64,000 nt of DNA from Anaeromyxobacter sp. (GTDB taxonomy: Bacteria > Myxococcota > Myxococcia > Myxococcales > Anaeromyxobacteraceae). Within the stretch, counting starts at the first letter, position 1; each line of letters starts with the position of its first letter. The notes under the pieces are model-generated. The model did not search any database. It saw only the letters and a program-made list of their open reading frames with translations, and was not told the DNA's origin. The translations under genes and the position numbers were made by a program. Location of the stretch: assembly GCA_049840735.1 (NCBI GenBank), contig JASGJN010000021.1:1-64000 (forward strand). Reading direction: 5' to 3'. This document shows positions 31,998 to 43,104 of this stretch, one piece after another.

Positions 31998-32206
31998 GGC
32001 GGGCACCTGATTCTGGAATCAAGAGGGAGGGTTCCCGAATATTGCGGTGCGGCAGGAGTCCTCGCAACGGAAAAGCCCGACCCAGGTGCACACCCGCAAG
32101 GGAGCGATTTCAGGCTTCCCTTCGCACGGCAGGACGCCCGATCTTCGTCCCCTGCGAATCCTTGCAGTATCCGTCAGTGAACCAACCGCTTCAAAGGAGA
32201 CGAAAC

Positions 32207-32722
32207 ATGCTGCGCATCACGCTCGCCCTCGCTGCCGCCGCCCTGCTCGCCGCCCCGTTCCAGGCCAGCGCCGCCGACGCCGTCAAGGACACCGAGAACG
32301 CGATCAAGGGCAAGGGCACGTACGGCACCGCCGGCTGTGGCCTGGGCTCCATGGCCTTCGGCAACTCGCCGGGCGCCGTCCAAATCCTGGCCGCCACCAC
32401 CAACGGCACCTTCGGCACCCAGACCTTCGGCATCACCTCCGGCACCTCGAACTGCGGCCCGGCGCTCTGGGCCCAGGGCACCAAGAACTTCGTCGAGGGG
32501 AACCGCGAGGCCGTGGCCAAGGACATCTCCCGCGGCCAGGGCGAGGCCATCGGCGCGCTCACCGTGATCAACAACTGCTCCGACTCCGCCGCGGTCGGCG
32601 CCGCGCTGCAGAAGAACTTCTCCGCCATCTACCCGACGGCCCAGGCCAACGACGACCAGGTGACCCAGGCCATCCTGCAGACGCTGCACAGCGACGCGAG
32701 CCTCGGCTGCGGCCGCGGCTAG
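32207..32722 (+). CDS. DUF3015 family exported protein
   Basis: Signal peptide, GCGLGSM, AATTNGTFGTQTFGITSGTSNC and DISRGQGE. RBS AAGGAG. Confidence 0.85.
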   Translation: MLRITLALAAAALLAAPFQASAADAVKDTENAIKGKGTYGTAGCGLGSMAFGNSPGAVQILAATTNGTFGTQTFGITSGTSNCGPALWAQGTKNFVEGNREAVAKDISRGQGEAIGALTVINNCSDSAAVGAALQKNFSAIYPTAQANDDQVTQAILQTLHSDASLGCGRG

Positions 32723-32725
32723 CGC

Positions 32726-34781
32726 GTGCCTGACGCGCGCGGCGGCGCGGCTCACACCGCGCTGATCCTCGCCTCGCTGCTGGCCGGCGCACCGGCGCCC
32801 ACCCTCGCGCAGGGTGTGGCGCCGGTCGCGCCTCCGCCCGAGGCCACCGAGAACCTGCTGGCCCCGCCCAAGACCCCGGCCCCGCCCTCGGCCGGAGCCG
32901 AGGCGCGTCCGCCGGGTGGCGACCCCGCCTACCTGCCGGAGCTGGTGGCGCGCGCCCGCGAGGAGCGGCTGGCCGAGGACGTGGGCTGGCTGCGGCTCCT
33001 GCACTACCGCTCTCGGCTGGGAGGCGGCTGGGAGAGCGAGGTGGACGGCCCGGCCTTCTTCCGCGCCCCGGACGGGAAGAAGGATCCAGCGGCCGAGCTC
33101 GAGGCCACGCTGGCCGGCTTCTTCGACGCCACGCCGCACGCCGACGAGCTGGACGACGCCCAGTGCCGCTTCCCGGCGCGCCTGCGCTGGCTGGCCGATC
33201 ACCTCGACATCGACTTCGGCCGGCTGGCGCTGCGCCCCTGCCCCCGGCGCGACACCTTCCTCCAGCGCATCCACCCCATGGGCGTGACGCTGGTCTTCTC
33301 CTCCTACTACCTCAACAACCCCGCCTCGGCCTTCGGCCACACCCTGCTGCGCTTCGACAAGGCGCAGGAGGCGATCGGCGGGAAGCACTTCGAGCTGCTC
33401 GACCTGGGCGTGGACTACGCCGCCACGGTGGACACCCCCAACGCGCTGGCCTACGCGTTCAAGGGGCTGTTCGGCTTCTTCAAGGGCGAGTTCAAGGCCT
33501 ACGCCTACTACTACAAGGTCCGCGAGTACGGCGACTTCGAGTCGCGCGACCTGTGGGAGTACGACCTCGACCTCACGCCGGGTGAGCTGGCGCTGCTGGC
33601 CGACCACGTCTGGGAGCTGGGCGGAACGTACCTCTGGTACTGGTACCTGGACGAGAACTGCAGCTACCACGTGCTGGGCGCGCTGGAGGCGGCCGCCCCG
33701 CGGCTCCAGCTGCTGCGCCACGTGGGCCGCTACGTGGTCCTGCCGTCCGACACCGTCCACGCGCTCTTCGCCAACCCGGGGCTGGTGCGCCGGACGCACT
33801 ACCGCCCTTCGCTCCGCACCCAGTTCGCGGCCCGGGTGGCGCCGCTCGACGGCGAGGCCCAGGCGCTGGTGGAGCGGCTGGCGGGCGAGCCGTCCGCGCC
33901 GCTGCCGGAGGCGCTGCCCCCGGAGCGGCAGGTGGCGGTGCTGGACGCCTCGGCCGACCTGCTCGACCTGCGCCACGCCCGCGAGCTCCTGCTGGGGAAG
34001 GACCCTGTGGCCGCAGCGCAGCGGCAAGAGCTGCTGCAGCGCCGCGCCGCGCTGGCGCTGCCCAGCGCGCCGCTGGACGTCCCGATCCCCGACGATCAGC
34101 GCCCGGAGCGCGGGCACGGCTCCATGCGGCTGGGCGCCGGCGCGGCCGCGGTGGAGGGCGAGGGGGCCGCGGCGGTGCTCGACCTGCGGCTGGCGCTCCA
34201 CGATCTGGGGGACCCGCCGCTCGGCTTCCCTCCGCTCTCGCAGAATCGAGTTCCTCCCCACCCGCCTGCGCTGGCTCCCGCGCGAGCAGCGGGTGGAGCT
34301 GGACGACGCCTCGCTGGTGCGCATCCTCTCGCTCAACCCGGTGGGGCGGTTCGACCTGCGCCCGTCCTGGCGGGTGCGGATGGGCGCCACCACCGTGCGC
34401 GACGCGGGCTGTCACGACTGCCTGGCCTTCGTGGCCGAGGGGGGCGCCGGGTTCACCGCCGCCGATCTGGGCGGCGCGGTCGATCTGATGGGCGGCGGCG
34501 ACGTGGAGCTCCTGGCCTCCTCGCACCTCGACGGCGCCGGCGGCTCTGGCCTGCGGCCCGGGGTCGGGCCCTCGGCGCTGGGGCGGGTGCGCTTCGGCAC
34601 GGCGGCCGCGCTGCTGCTCGACGCGCGCTGGCGCTGGCTGCCCGACGCCGCCCCCGAGACCACCTACCTGCTCTCCGCTGCGCTGCGGCTCCACCTGGCC
34701 CGGAACTTCTCGCTGGGGCTCGAGGTGCGTGACACCCCGACTGAGCGCGACGGCACCATGTTGCTGCTGGGCTACTTCTGA
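32726..34781 (+). CDS. DUF4105/Lnb-like protein with C-terminal beta-barrel; 1-nt insertion near 34245
   Basis: QCRFPAR, NPASAFGHTLLR, ESRDLWEY and YLDENCSY. Correcting CAGAATC to CAGATC joins a beta-strand-rich C-terminus ending in LGYF. Confidence 0.85.
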
Positions 34782-35070
34782 CCCGGCCCCACCGGCGACG
34801 GCGCGCGCGCCTCGTCCGGGGAGGTGCGCATGTGCCGCTCCGTGAACAATCCCCTCCCAGGAGTGACTGGGTGGCCGGTCATCCTTCGGGTGGAAGCTCC
34901 ACGCCCCGGGCGAGGCGCAGCGCGTCAACGGTGGGAAAACACCTTCCTACCCATCAGCAGCGCCGAGCATTCTTGACTTCCCGGTCAGCGCAGAACACAA
35001 GGGAAGCGGATTTTCTGCCGCACCCCTGTCCGTTCACTCCGGGTACGTTCACGTCCCGAGGAGGCCGCCG

Positions 35071-38000
35071 ATGTCGCTTCGCCGCTCCGGTCCCCTGGCC
35101 CTGGGCATCGCTGCCCTGTTGGCGGCCGGCTGCACCGATACCGTCTCGCAGAGTCCGTCGCCTGACGAGATCGTGTTCGCCAACTTCGTCACCTCTCCCA
35201 CCGCGAGCATTCCGGTCCCGAATGACCTCGCGCTCCAGGCGGCCGGCGCCGCCGGCGAACCGACATCCCGCAGTACCTGCTCCTGCAGCAGTTCATCGCT
35301 GCCGGCGGCTTCCCCTCCGACCAGGAGGTGAGCATCACCGTCCCCTTCCGCACCATGACGCGGAACGACGACGGGACCTACACGGTGGGCGCGCCCCCGA
35401 CCATCGCCAATGACACCGTCACCGCGTCCACCTTCGCGGTGCTCAAGGTGGACGGCGGCACGGTCACGCAGGTGGCGGTCGAGCCGGTCGGCACCACCAA
35501 CGGGACGCTCACGGTGCGCAAGGCCGCCGACGCCGGCGGCGTCCGGCGCTGGGCCCCCGGCCGCTACGTGCTGGCGGTCCGCGGCGGCGCCAACGGCGTG
35601 AAGACCAGCACCGGGCTGCCCGTCTCGGCCGACCTGGCCATCTCGCTGGTGATCCCGAACAAGGACCTCTCGGTCGCCGAGAACCAGCCCCCCGGCGGCA
35701 TCCCGGCCGACCTGGTGGCCCGGCTGAACCAGGTCCGCAGCCTGCTCTGGAACCCCATCGACTGGAACAACGTGGGCGGCCAGTGGGTGCCGGCCGGCGC
35801 CGCCGGCATCACCCCGGCCTTCACCGCGGTGGACACCGCGTTCCCGCACACCGAGGTGGCGGCCATCGCCACCTTCGAGGTCGCCTCCGGCACCCGCGCC
35901 CTGTTCGACTCCAGCGCCGGGCAGATCCCGCTGCCCAGCGACTTCCTGCTGGACGGCGCGAACCCGGTCGAGAACGACCCGGGCCGGTTCCACGTCCGCA
36001 ACGTGCCCTCCTTCGGCGCGGCCGCCGCCGGGCTCACCACCCTGGACGGCTTCTCCACCACCGGCCTGATCCTGCAGCCGCTCAACGGCCCCGTGCAGGC
36101 CACCACCATCAACGCCAACAGCGTGCTCGTGTTCGAGCTGCCCAGCGGCGGCAACCCGCGGCGCATGGTCGACGTGGCGGCGGCCGTCCAGGCCAACGCC
36201 CCCGGCACCGCCGAGTACCTGACCCAGCCGCCGGCGCTGAACCAGACCGTCAACGGCACCGCCCTCACCACCGCGATCGGCCTGCAGCCCGGCGTGGCCG
36301 TCCCGGTCGCCCCGGGCGCGATCATCTACACGCCGCCGCTCAAGGAGCGCGCCCGCTACCTGGTCGTGATCACCGACCGCGTCCTGGACGCCACCAACGC
36401 CCCGCTCCGCCGCAACACGCTGAGCAGCATCCTCTGGGGCTTCCCGGCCGACGTCTCGCTGGTGGACGAGGGCGGCGTCTCGCTCGTCCCCGGCCTCTCC
36501 AACGGCGACGCCCAGGCCCTCCAGGCCATGCGCGTCGCGCTCAACCCGGTGCTGGACAACCTGGGCGCCATCTCCGGCGACGACACGCTGAGCCGCGACA
36601 ACGTGGTGATGGCCTACACCATCTCCACGCAGTCGGTGACCGGCACGTCCATCCGCCTCTCCGCCGCTCCCTACGATCCCAACGCCGACGGCAACCCGAC
36701 CGACAGCGTGGCCTTCACCTCGCCCTCCGCCGACGTCTTCAACATCTCCGAGGCCGGCTTCCCCGACGCCGCCATGCCGGCGCTCTTCCCGCACGTGAAG
36801 ACCTTCCTCAAGGGCACCACCATCTCGCTCGACGCCATCAACCCGGCGAACGGCGCCCTCAACCCGGACACCTCCGCCTGGACGCCGGTCCAGCTCCCGG
36901 TCCTGGTGGCGGTCCCGACGGTGCCCGACACCTGCACCACCGACGCGCCCTGCTTCCGGAACGTGGTGGTCTTCCACCACGGCATCTTCGGCAGCCGGCT
37001 GCAGATGCTCGGCACCGCCGAGGCGCTGGCCGCCCGCGGCTTCGTGGTGGTGGCGACCGACGCGCCCTACCACGGCGCCCGCGCCTTCTGCGCCCAGGAC
37101 TCCGACTGCTCCGCCGACGGCACCGCCACCGGCGCCAACGGCGTCTGCACCTCCGACCCGAACAAGGCCGGCCAGGGCGACGCGGTGCCGCCCGGCACCT
37201 GCACCGCCGGGAGCACGCTCCGCCCGAGCAGCAACCTCTCCACCGTGGCCTCGGGCAACTACTTCATCTCGGCCAACTTCTTCCGCATCCGCGACGCCAT
37301 CCGGCAGGACCTGTTCGACCAGGCCGCGCTGGTGCTCTCGCTCTCGCGCCCGCCGGCGCCGTTCCCGCAGCCGGCCGGCAACGCGCTGGTCACCGCGCTC
37401 CGCGGGCAGGGCATCGTCATCAACCCGACCCAGGTCGCGTACGAGGGCATGTCGCTCGGCGCCATCATCGGCACCAGCGTCCTGGCCACCAACCCGCGCT
37501 TCGCCCGCGGCGTCCTCGACGTCCCCGGCGGCACGCTCACCGACATCTTCATGAACGCCCCGGCGTTCAGCGACGAGGTCAACCAGCTGCTCCTCTCGCT
37601 GGGCGTGGACCGGAGCCAGATCGCCACCAACCCGGCCATGGCCGCCCGCTACCTCCAGATCAACATCCTCGCCAAGTGGATCCTGGACCCGGCCGACCCC
37701 CTCAACTACGCCCCGTACGCCGGCGGCGGCCTGGTGAGCCCGCTCACCGCGGCGCTGGGGCCCGCCGCCCATGCCGAGCGCGACCTGTTCGGCCAGCTGG
37801 TCAAGTGCGACCCGGTGGTGCCGAACGCCACCACGGTCGTGAACGGCGTGCCGCTGCCCTACGGCGACGAGCTGCTGGCCCTGGCCGGCATCCGCGCCGA
37901 CGGGACCACGCTCTACTCGGCCGAGGACTCGGACACCAACCCCAACGGCTGCGTCTCCCACGGCGTGCTGCTCGACACGTTCGGAGGCCTGGCCGATCCG

Positions 38001-38099
38001 CCCGTGCCGGTCATCGGTGCGCAGGTCCGCGACGACGCCGCCCAGTTCCTCTTCGACCTGACCTACCCGCCGTCCGACGTCACGCTGTCGGCGCCGTGA
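35071..38099 (+). CDS. Surface lipoprotein lipase/phospholipase (VolA/Pla-1-like alpha/beta hydrolase); 1-nt deletion near 35268
   Basis: LLAAGC lipobox, IPVPND, LDGFSTT, VVFHHGI, RDAIRQ, nucleophile elbow GMSLG, DPADPLNY, DPVVPN and SHG. Confidence 0.8.
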
Positions 38100-38119
38100 G
38101 ACCACGAGAGGTGCACACC

Positions 38120-39373
38120 ATGAACAAGCTCTCGCTCAGCGCACTCGCCCTCGTGCTCCCCGCGCTCGCCAGCGCCAGCGGGTACGAGGTGATCGCCATC
38201 CACCCGCGCGACCTCGCGCTCACGTCCTCCGCCGTCGCGGCGCAGGACGGGGCCGCGGCCGCGTTCTTCAACCCGGCCGCGCTCTCCAAGGTGGACGGCT
38301 TCTCCGTGTCCGCCGGCCTCTCGATGCTGTCCATCACCACCGACTGGGACGCGCCGTCCGGCAGCGACGTGACCGGCAGCCAGACCTCCGAGTTCGAGCC
38401 GGTCACCCCCATCGCCCTCTACCTGGGCTGGGGCACCAAGGTGAACGGGCGCGGCCTCGGCTTCGGCTTCGGCGTGGGCAACCCCGCCGGCGGCAACGTC
38501 TTCTACGACGCCCAGTGGGAGGGGCGCGGCCGCATCATCGAGGTGCAGCGGCGCATCTTCGGCCTGTACGGCTCCACCGGCTACGAGCTCGTCCCCGAGC
38601 GGCTCCGGGTGGGCGGCAGCGTCATCTACTACAAGGTGTTCGAGTACCTGAAGCAGGGCATCCAGCCCTACCCCGAGGCGCACGCCGAGCTGGACACGAG
38701 CGGCGGCGGCTGGGCGTTCGGGCTCTCGGCCGAGGGCAAGCCCTTCGCCGACCTGCCCATCACGCTGGCGGTGGACTACAAGCACAGCGCCGACATCCAC
38801 GCGACCGGCGACGGCAACTTCAACGTGCCGCCGGCGCTGGAGGGGCCGTCCACCATGGATCAGGGCGTGACCCACGACTTCACGTTCCCGAACCTGCTGG
38901 CGGCCGGCGTGGCCTGGCGCGTCTCGCAGCCGGTGCAGCTCACGCTGCAGTACTCCTACTCGAACTGGAGCGTCTACCAGGACGACACGTTCGAGGGCGA
39001 CCAGGGGCTGTCCATCACCGTCCCGCGCAAGTACGACGACGGCCACATCATCCGCGGCGGCGTGGAGTGGTTCGCCTCCAAGGCCTGGACGCTCCGCGCC
39101 GGCTTCATGCGCGACTGGTCCGGCCTCAACACCGACGCGTACTCCCCCACGCTGCCCGACTCCAGCATCTGGGCCGGCGCGGTGGGGGCGGGCTGGAACC
39201 TCAGCCCGAACCTCCAGCTCAACGCGGCGTTCTTCTACGGCATCCGCGACCAGGTGAAGAGCACCAACTGGCGGAGCGCCGAGAACCCCGAGGGCACGTT
39301 CCCGGGCGTCTACAACACCGACGTCTGGATCACCTCGCTGGGCGTGACCTGGAACCTGCCCAGCGGCAAGTGA
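38120..39373 (+). CDS. FadL/OmpP1 family outer-membrane long-chain fatty-acid channel
   Basis: Signal peptide, hatch motif AAFFNPAAL, amphipathic strands, and WTLRAG...PTLPD. Confidence 0.85.
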   Translation: MNKLSLSALALVLPALASASGYEVIAIHPRDLALTSSAVAAQDGAAAAFFNPAALSKVDGFSVSAGLSMLSITTDWDAPSGSDVTGSQTSEFEPVTPIALYLGWGTKVNGRGLGFGFGVGNPAGGNVFYDAQWEGRGRIIEVQRRIFGLYGSTGYELVPERLRVGGSVIYYKVFEYLKQGIQPYPEAHAELDTSGGGWAFGLSAEGKPFADLPITLAVDYKHSADIHATGDGNFNVPPALEGPSTMDQGVTHDFTFPNLLAAGVAWRVSQPVQLTLQYSYSNWSVYQDDTFEGDQGLSITVPRKYDDGHIIRGGVEWFASKAWTLRAGFMRDWSGLNTDAYSPTLPDSSIWAGAVGAGWNLSPNLQLNAAFFYGIRDQVKSTNWRSAENPEGTFPGVYNTDVWITSLGVTWNLPSGK

Positions 39374-39417
39374 ACGGCTGACCGCCTCGCAGGCGCTCTC
39401 TCCCTGGAGCATCGAGG

Positions 39418-39443
39418 CCCCCTCGCCGTCCGCGGCGAGGGGG
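39418..39443. terminator. GC-rich hairpin between convergent fadL-like and SDR genes
   Basis: CCCCCTCGCCG-tccg-CGGCGAGGGGG is an 11-bp perfect stem. There is no U-tract, so terminator function is uncertain. Confidence 0.5.
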
Positions 39444-39464
39444 TCGCTGCTCCAGCGGGCCGAA

Positions 39465-39492
39465 CGGAGTCGAACCCTGGCCTTCGACTCCG
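39465..39492. repeat. REP-like hairpin
   Basis: CGGAGTCGAA-ccctggcc-TTCGACTCCG. Shares the CCTTCGAC core with the element at 11550. Confidence 0.45.
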
Positions 39493-39519
39493 CCGCCGCT
39501 GGCGCAGCGGCGCCGCGGG

Positions 39520-40546
39520 TCAGGCGGGCTCTTCGTTGTAGCGACGCGCCGCCCGCTCGCCCAGCGCGGTCAGGATGGAGCGGGCCAGCCCGCGGCGGAA
39601 GAGCTCCGCCGGCAAGGCCATGCCCCCGCGCGCCTCGGCGCCCGCGTCGGCGCCCGCGTCCGGCAGCGCCCGGTTGATCCAGCCCAGCGTCGCGACCACC
39701 ATCCCCGGGAAGAGCGCGTGCGCCAGCCGGAGCAGCTTCGCCGGCGCGCCGATCACCACGAACCGCTCCCGCCGCTCGATGGCGCGGAGGATGCGCCGGG
39801 CCGCGTGCTCCGCGCTGATCGTGAGGAGCGGGAGGGAGGCCATGAGCGAGAAGAGGCTCGCCTCCGCGTAGCGCTTCCCCTTCACCAGCGCGTGGCCGAA
39901 GGAGCCCGTCCGCATCAGCCCCGGGACCACCGTGATCACCGAGATGCCGTCCTTCGCCGCCTCCGCCCCCATCGCCTCCGACCAGCCCCGCAGCGCGAAC
40001 TTGGCCGCGCCGTAGGGGGCCAGGTGCGGGATCCCCACCGCGGCGCCGATCGAGGTGATGTTGACGATGGTGCCGCGCCGCCGCCCGCGCATCGCCGGCA
40101 GCACCGCCTCCGCCCCGTGGACCGCGCCCCAGAACATCGTGTCCATGGCGCGGTGGTAGTCCTCCAGCGACATCGCCTCCGCCGGGCCCACCTGGATGAT
40201 GCCCGCGTTGTTCACCAGCAGGTCCACCGGCCCCAGGTTCTCCTCCACGTCCGCCACCAGCGTCCGCATCCCCTCCTCGTCGGTGACGTCGCAGGGGAGC
40301 GAGGTCGCGTCGAATCCCCTCCGATGCCAGCGCCTCGCGCGCACGCTCCAGCTCCTGCTCGTCCCGGGCGCAGAGCACCACCCGGGCGCCCCGCCGGCCC
40401 AGCTCGCGCGCCACCACCAGCCCCAGCCCGCGCGAGCCCCCCGTGACCAGCGCCACGCCCGTCACCGGGCGGCGCCTGGAGAGCCGGCGGGCGAGCAGGA
40501 CGCCGCCAGCGGCGGCGAGGAGCAGGAAGGCGAGCGATTGGCGCAT
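39520..40546 (-). CDS. SDR family oxidoreductase; 1-nt insertion near 40314
   Basis: TGGSRGLG, NNAG, NITS and catalytic YGAAK. The frames join when GGGATTCGAC is read as GGGATCGAC. Confidence 0.92.
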
Positions 40547-40598
40547 GTGAGCCTCCCCGGCAAGATGCACACCCGGGGGACCGCGCGCCGTGCCCGGC

Positions 40599-41646
40599 TC
40601 AGGCGGGGACCGCGTCCGTGCGGGTCACGCCCGGCAACGAGAGCACCAGGTCCGCGCCGTAGGCCGCGGCCGGCGTCTGCCAGCCCGGGCGCACCTGCCC
40701 GCCCAGGACGCGCGCCGCGATCTCCCGCGACCGCCAGCGCCGTGAGGGTGTAGCCGTCCGGCCCCAGCAGCCGGGCCTCCACCCGGCGCCCATCCCCGGC
40801 CACCGCCTCGCCCGCAATCCGCGACCGGCTGGCCGCCCGCGTGGCCGCGTCCGGCCCGCCCGTGCCGCCCGCCAGCGCCCGCGCCGCCGCCTCCTGCACC
40901 GCCGGGTGACGGAAGGTGAAGGCCGCCCCCATGGCCAGCCCCGCCAGCAGCTGCCGGTGGAGCGGCTGGGCGGTGTAGACCGTCACGTCCTGCACGCCCG
41001 TGGTGTGGCGGGCCGTGTAGACGTCGCCCCAGGGGATGGAGAGCGCGCGCACCGGGCCGTCGCCGAAGTCGATGCGGCGGGTGGCCGGGCCGCTCCCCTT
41101 CGGCACCTGCAGGCCGGAGATGGGCGTGGTCATGGTGCGCGCCGTGCCGATGGAGAGGTGGCCCAGCCCCTGGAACGCCAGCACCAGCCGGACCGCGTCG
41201 GGGAGCTTCTGCGCCAGGTGCGCCGCCAGGCAGTCCGTCGGGACCACGTCGAAGCCCGCGCCCGGCAGGAGCATCACGCCGGCGCGCTCGGCGTGGGCGC
41301 CCATCTTCGAGACCCCCTGGAAGACCGGGATCTCGCCGGTGATGTCCAGGTAGTGCACCCGCGTGTCCAGGCAGGCCTCCGCCATCGGCTGCCAGGTGGT
41401 GTGGAACGGCCCGGCGCAGTGGACCACCGCGCTCACGTCCTCGATGGCCCGCCGGAGCGCCACCGCGTCCAGCAGCGGGAAGGCGCGCCAGGGGCAGCCC
41501 AGCTCCGCCGCCAGCCGCGCCAGCCGCTCCGAGTCGCGGCCGCCCAGGATGACCGGGAGGCCGCGCCGGATGGCCTCGCGGGCGATGAGGGTGCCGGTGT
41601 AGCCGTAGGCGCCGTAGACCAGGAGTGGACGTGGGGTCGGGTCCAT
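40599..41646 (-). CDS. Saccharopine dehydrogenase-like / trans-acting enoyl reductase family; extra G near 40725
   Basis: YGAYGYTG, HCAGPF, HYLDITGE, GFDVVPTD and GYTLTA, then after correction PGWQTPA. Confidence 0.88.
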
Positions 41647-41753
41647 GTGGCGGGAAAGCTAGCAGATCGGCGACGCGGTGGGCCGGAGGAGCGCGGGCCG
41701 TGTCCCGCGGGCCACGACGGCGCGTCCGCCCGCGGAACCAGGGCGCTTTCTGC

Positions 41754-41769
41754 TGGCATCGGGCTGGCA
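41754..41769 (+). promoter_or_regulatory. Candidate sigma-54 promoter for the discoidin-vanW pair
   Basis: TGGCAT-CGGGC-TGGCA with GG-N10-GC spacing, 13 nt before ATG 41782. Confidence 0.35.
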
Positions 41770-41781
41770 AAGGCGGGGAAC

Positions 41782-43104
41782 ATGCCTGCCATGACCCTGC
41801 TCCCGGCGCTGCTCCTGGTCGTCACCGCAGCTTCACCCGAGGCGCCTCTCCGGCTCGAAGCCCTGGCTTCGACGTCCGGCGCCGGGGTGGAGCGGATCCT
41901 CGACGGCGATCCGACGACCACATGGTCGCCGGAGGGCGATCCCAGGGACGAGGGGATCCTGCTCCGGTTCGGGGAGACGGTGAAGGCCGACGGGGTGGAG
42001 GTGGTCACCTGCGCCGGCGCCTCGAGGTTCACGGCCTTCGCCGACGGCTTCGAGCTCGGCCTCTACGAGTACCAGGAGAAGAAGGGCGCGCACGCCGCGA
42101 TCTGGGCCGAGATGGGCCCGGACGAGTTCGACGAGCTCCGCTCGCTCTTCCTGCGCGTGGACTCCGGCACCGGCTGCATCGCCGAGCTCAGCTTCCTGAA
42201 GGACGGCAAGCCCCTGCCGGTGTCGCCGCCGCGCCAGGTCGCGGGCCGGCTCACCGCCACCTCGACCCTCCCGCCCGCCCCCGCCTACCATGCCAGCTAC
42301 CTCTTCGACGGCCGGCTCGACTTCGGCTGGGTCGAGGGAGCCGCCGGCAGCGGGGCCGGTGAGGGCGTGACCATCGAGCTGGAGAAGCCGGTGACGCTCA
42401 CCGGCCTCGAGGTCTGGAACGGCTACCAGCGCTCCGAGGCCCACTTCACGCGCAACGCCCGCGCGCGCGGCGTCACGGTGAGCCTCGATGGCCGCCCGCC
42501 CATCCCGCTCGAGCTCCGCGACGAGCAGGGGAGCCGAATCCACCTCCTCCCCGCCGGTCCGCCGGCCAAGCGGATCACCCTGCGGGTGACGTCCGCCTAC
42601 CCTGGCCTCAAGTACCCGGACCTCGTGCTCTCGGAGCTCCGGCTCTGGGACGCCGAGGGGGCGCTGCGCGTCGCCACCTCCGACCGCGAGGCCATGAAGC
42701 GGGCGCTGCTCGAGCAGGCGAAGCCCACGATCCTGGCCGCGTTCATGGACCGCAAGCTCCAGGCCTGGGAGACCCCCAAGCTCCCCGCCCAGAGCCTCAA
42801 GCTCCGCTCCGACCACACCTTCGTCGCCTACCAGTCCTGCTCTTCCCGCGCCCGCTGCCTCCGCGAGGCGATGGACGGCACCTGGGTGCTCTCCGGCTCG
42901 GACGCGGGCAGCGCCGAGATCGAGCTCTTCGCCCGCGCCCACCGCACCGACGAGAACACCGACCCCTACGCGCCCGGCGGGGCCTACCAGCGCGAGTCCA
43001 CCCGCATCGCCGGCGGCAAGCTGCGCATCACCGTGCCCGCTCCCGGCTCGGTCAAGGTCAGCGGCAAGCTCCTCGACCGCGAGCTGAAGGTCGCCGACAG
43101 GTGA
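41782..43104 (+). CDS. Exported protein with two discoidin/galactose-binding-like beta-sandwich domains
   Basis: Signal peptide, ILDGDPTTTW, LFDGRLDFGWVEG...GEGVTI, WNGYQRS and YPG...SELRL. Confidence 0.7.
   Translation: MPAMTLLPALLLVVTAASPEAPLRLEALASTSGAGVERILDGDPTTTWSPEGDPRDEGILLRFGETVKADGVEVVTCAGASRFTAFADGFELGLYEYQEKKGAHAAIWAEMGPDEFDELRSLFLRVDSGTGCIAELSFLKDGKPLPVSPPRQVAGRLTATSTLPPAPAYHASYLFDGRLDFGWVEGAAGSGAGEGVTIELEKPVTLTGLEVWNGYQRSEAHFTRNARARGVTVSLDGRPPIPLELRDEQGSRIHLLPAGPPAKRITLRVTSAYPGLKYPDLVLSELRLWDAEGALRVATSDREAMKRALLEQAKPTILAAFMDRKLQAWETPKLPAQSLKLRSDHTFVAYQSCSSRARCLREAMDGTWVLSGSDAGSAEIELFARAHRTDENTDPYAPGGAYQRESTRIAGGKLRITVPAPGSVKVSGKLLDRELKVADR

Noticed and set aside
34782..35070. 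Structured ncRNA in the lower-GC intergenic region
   Set aside because: Short hairpins, a TTGACT and repeated GTTCAC are present, but I cannot match them to any RNA family. It is probably just a promoter region.
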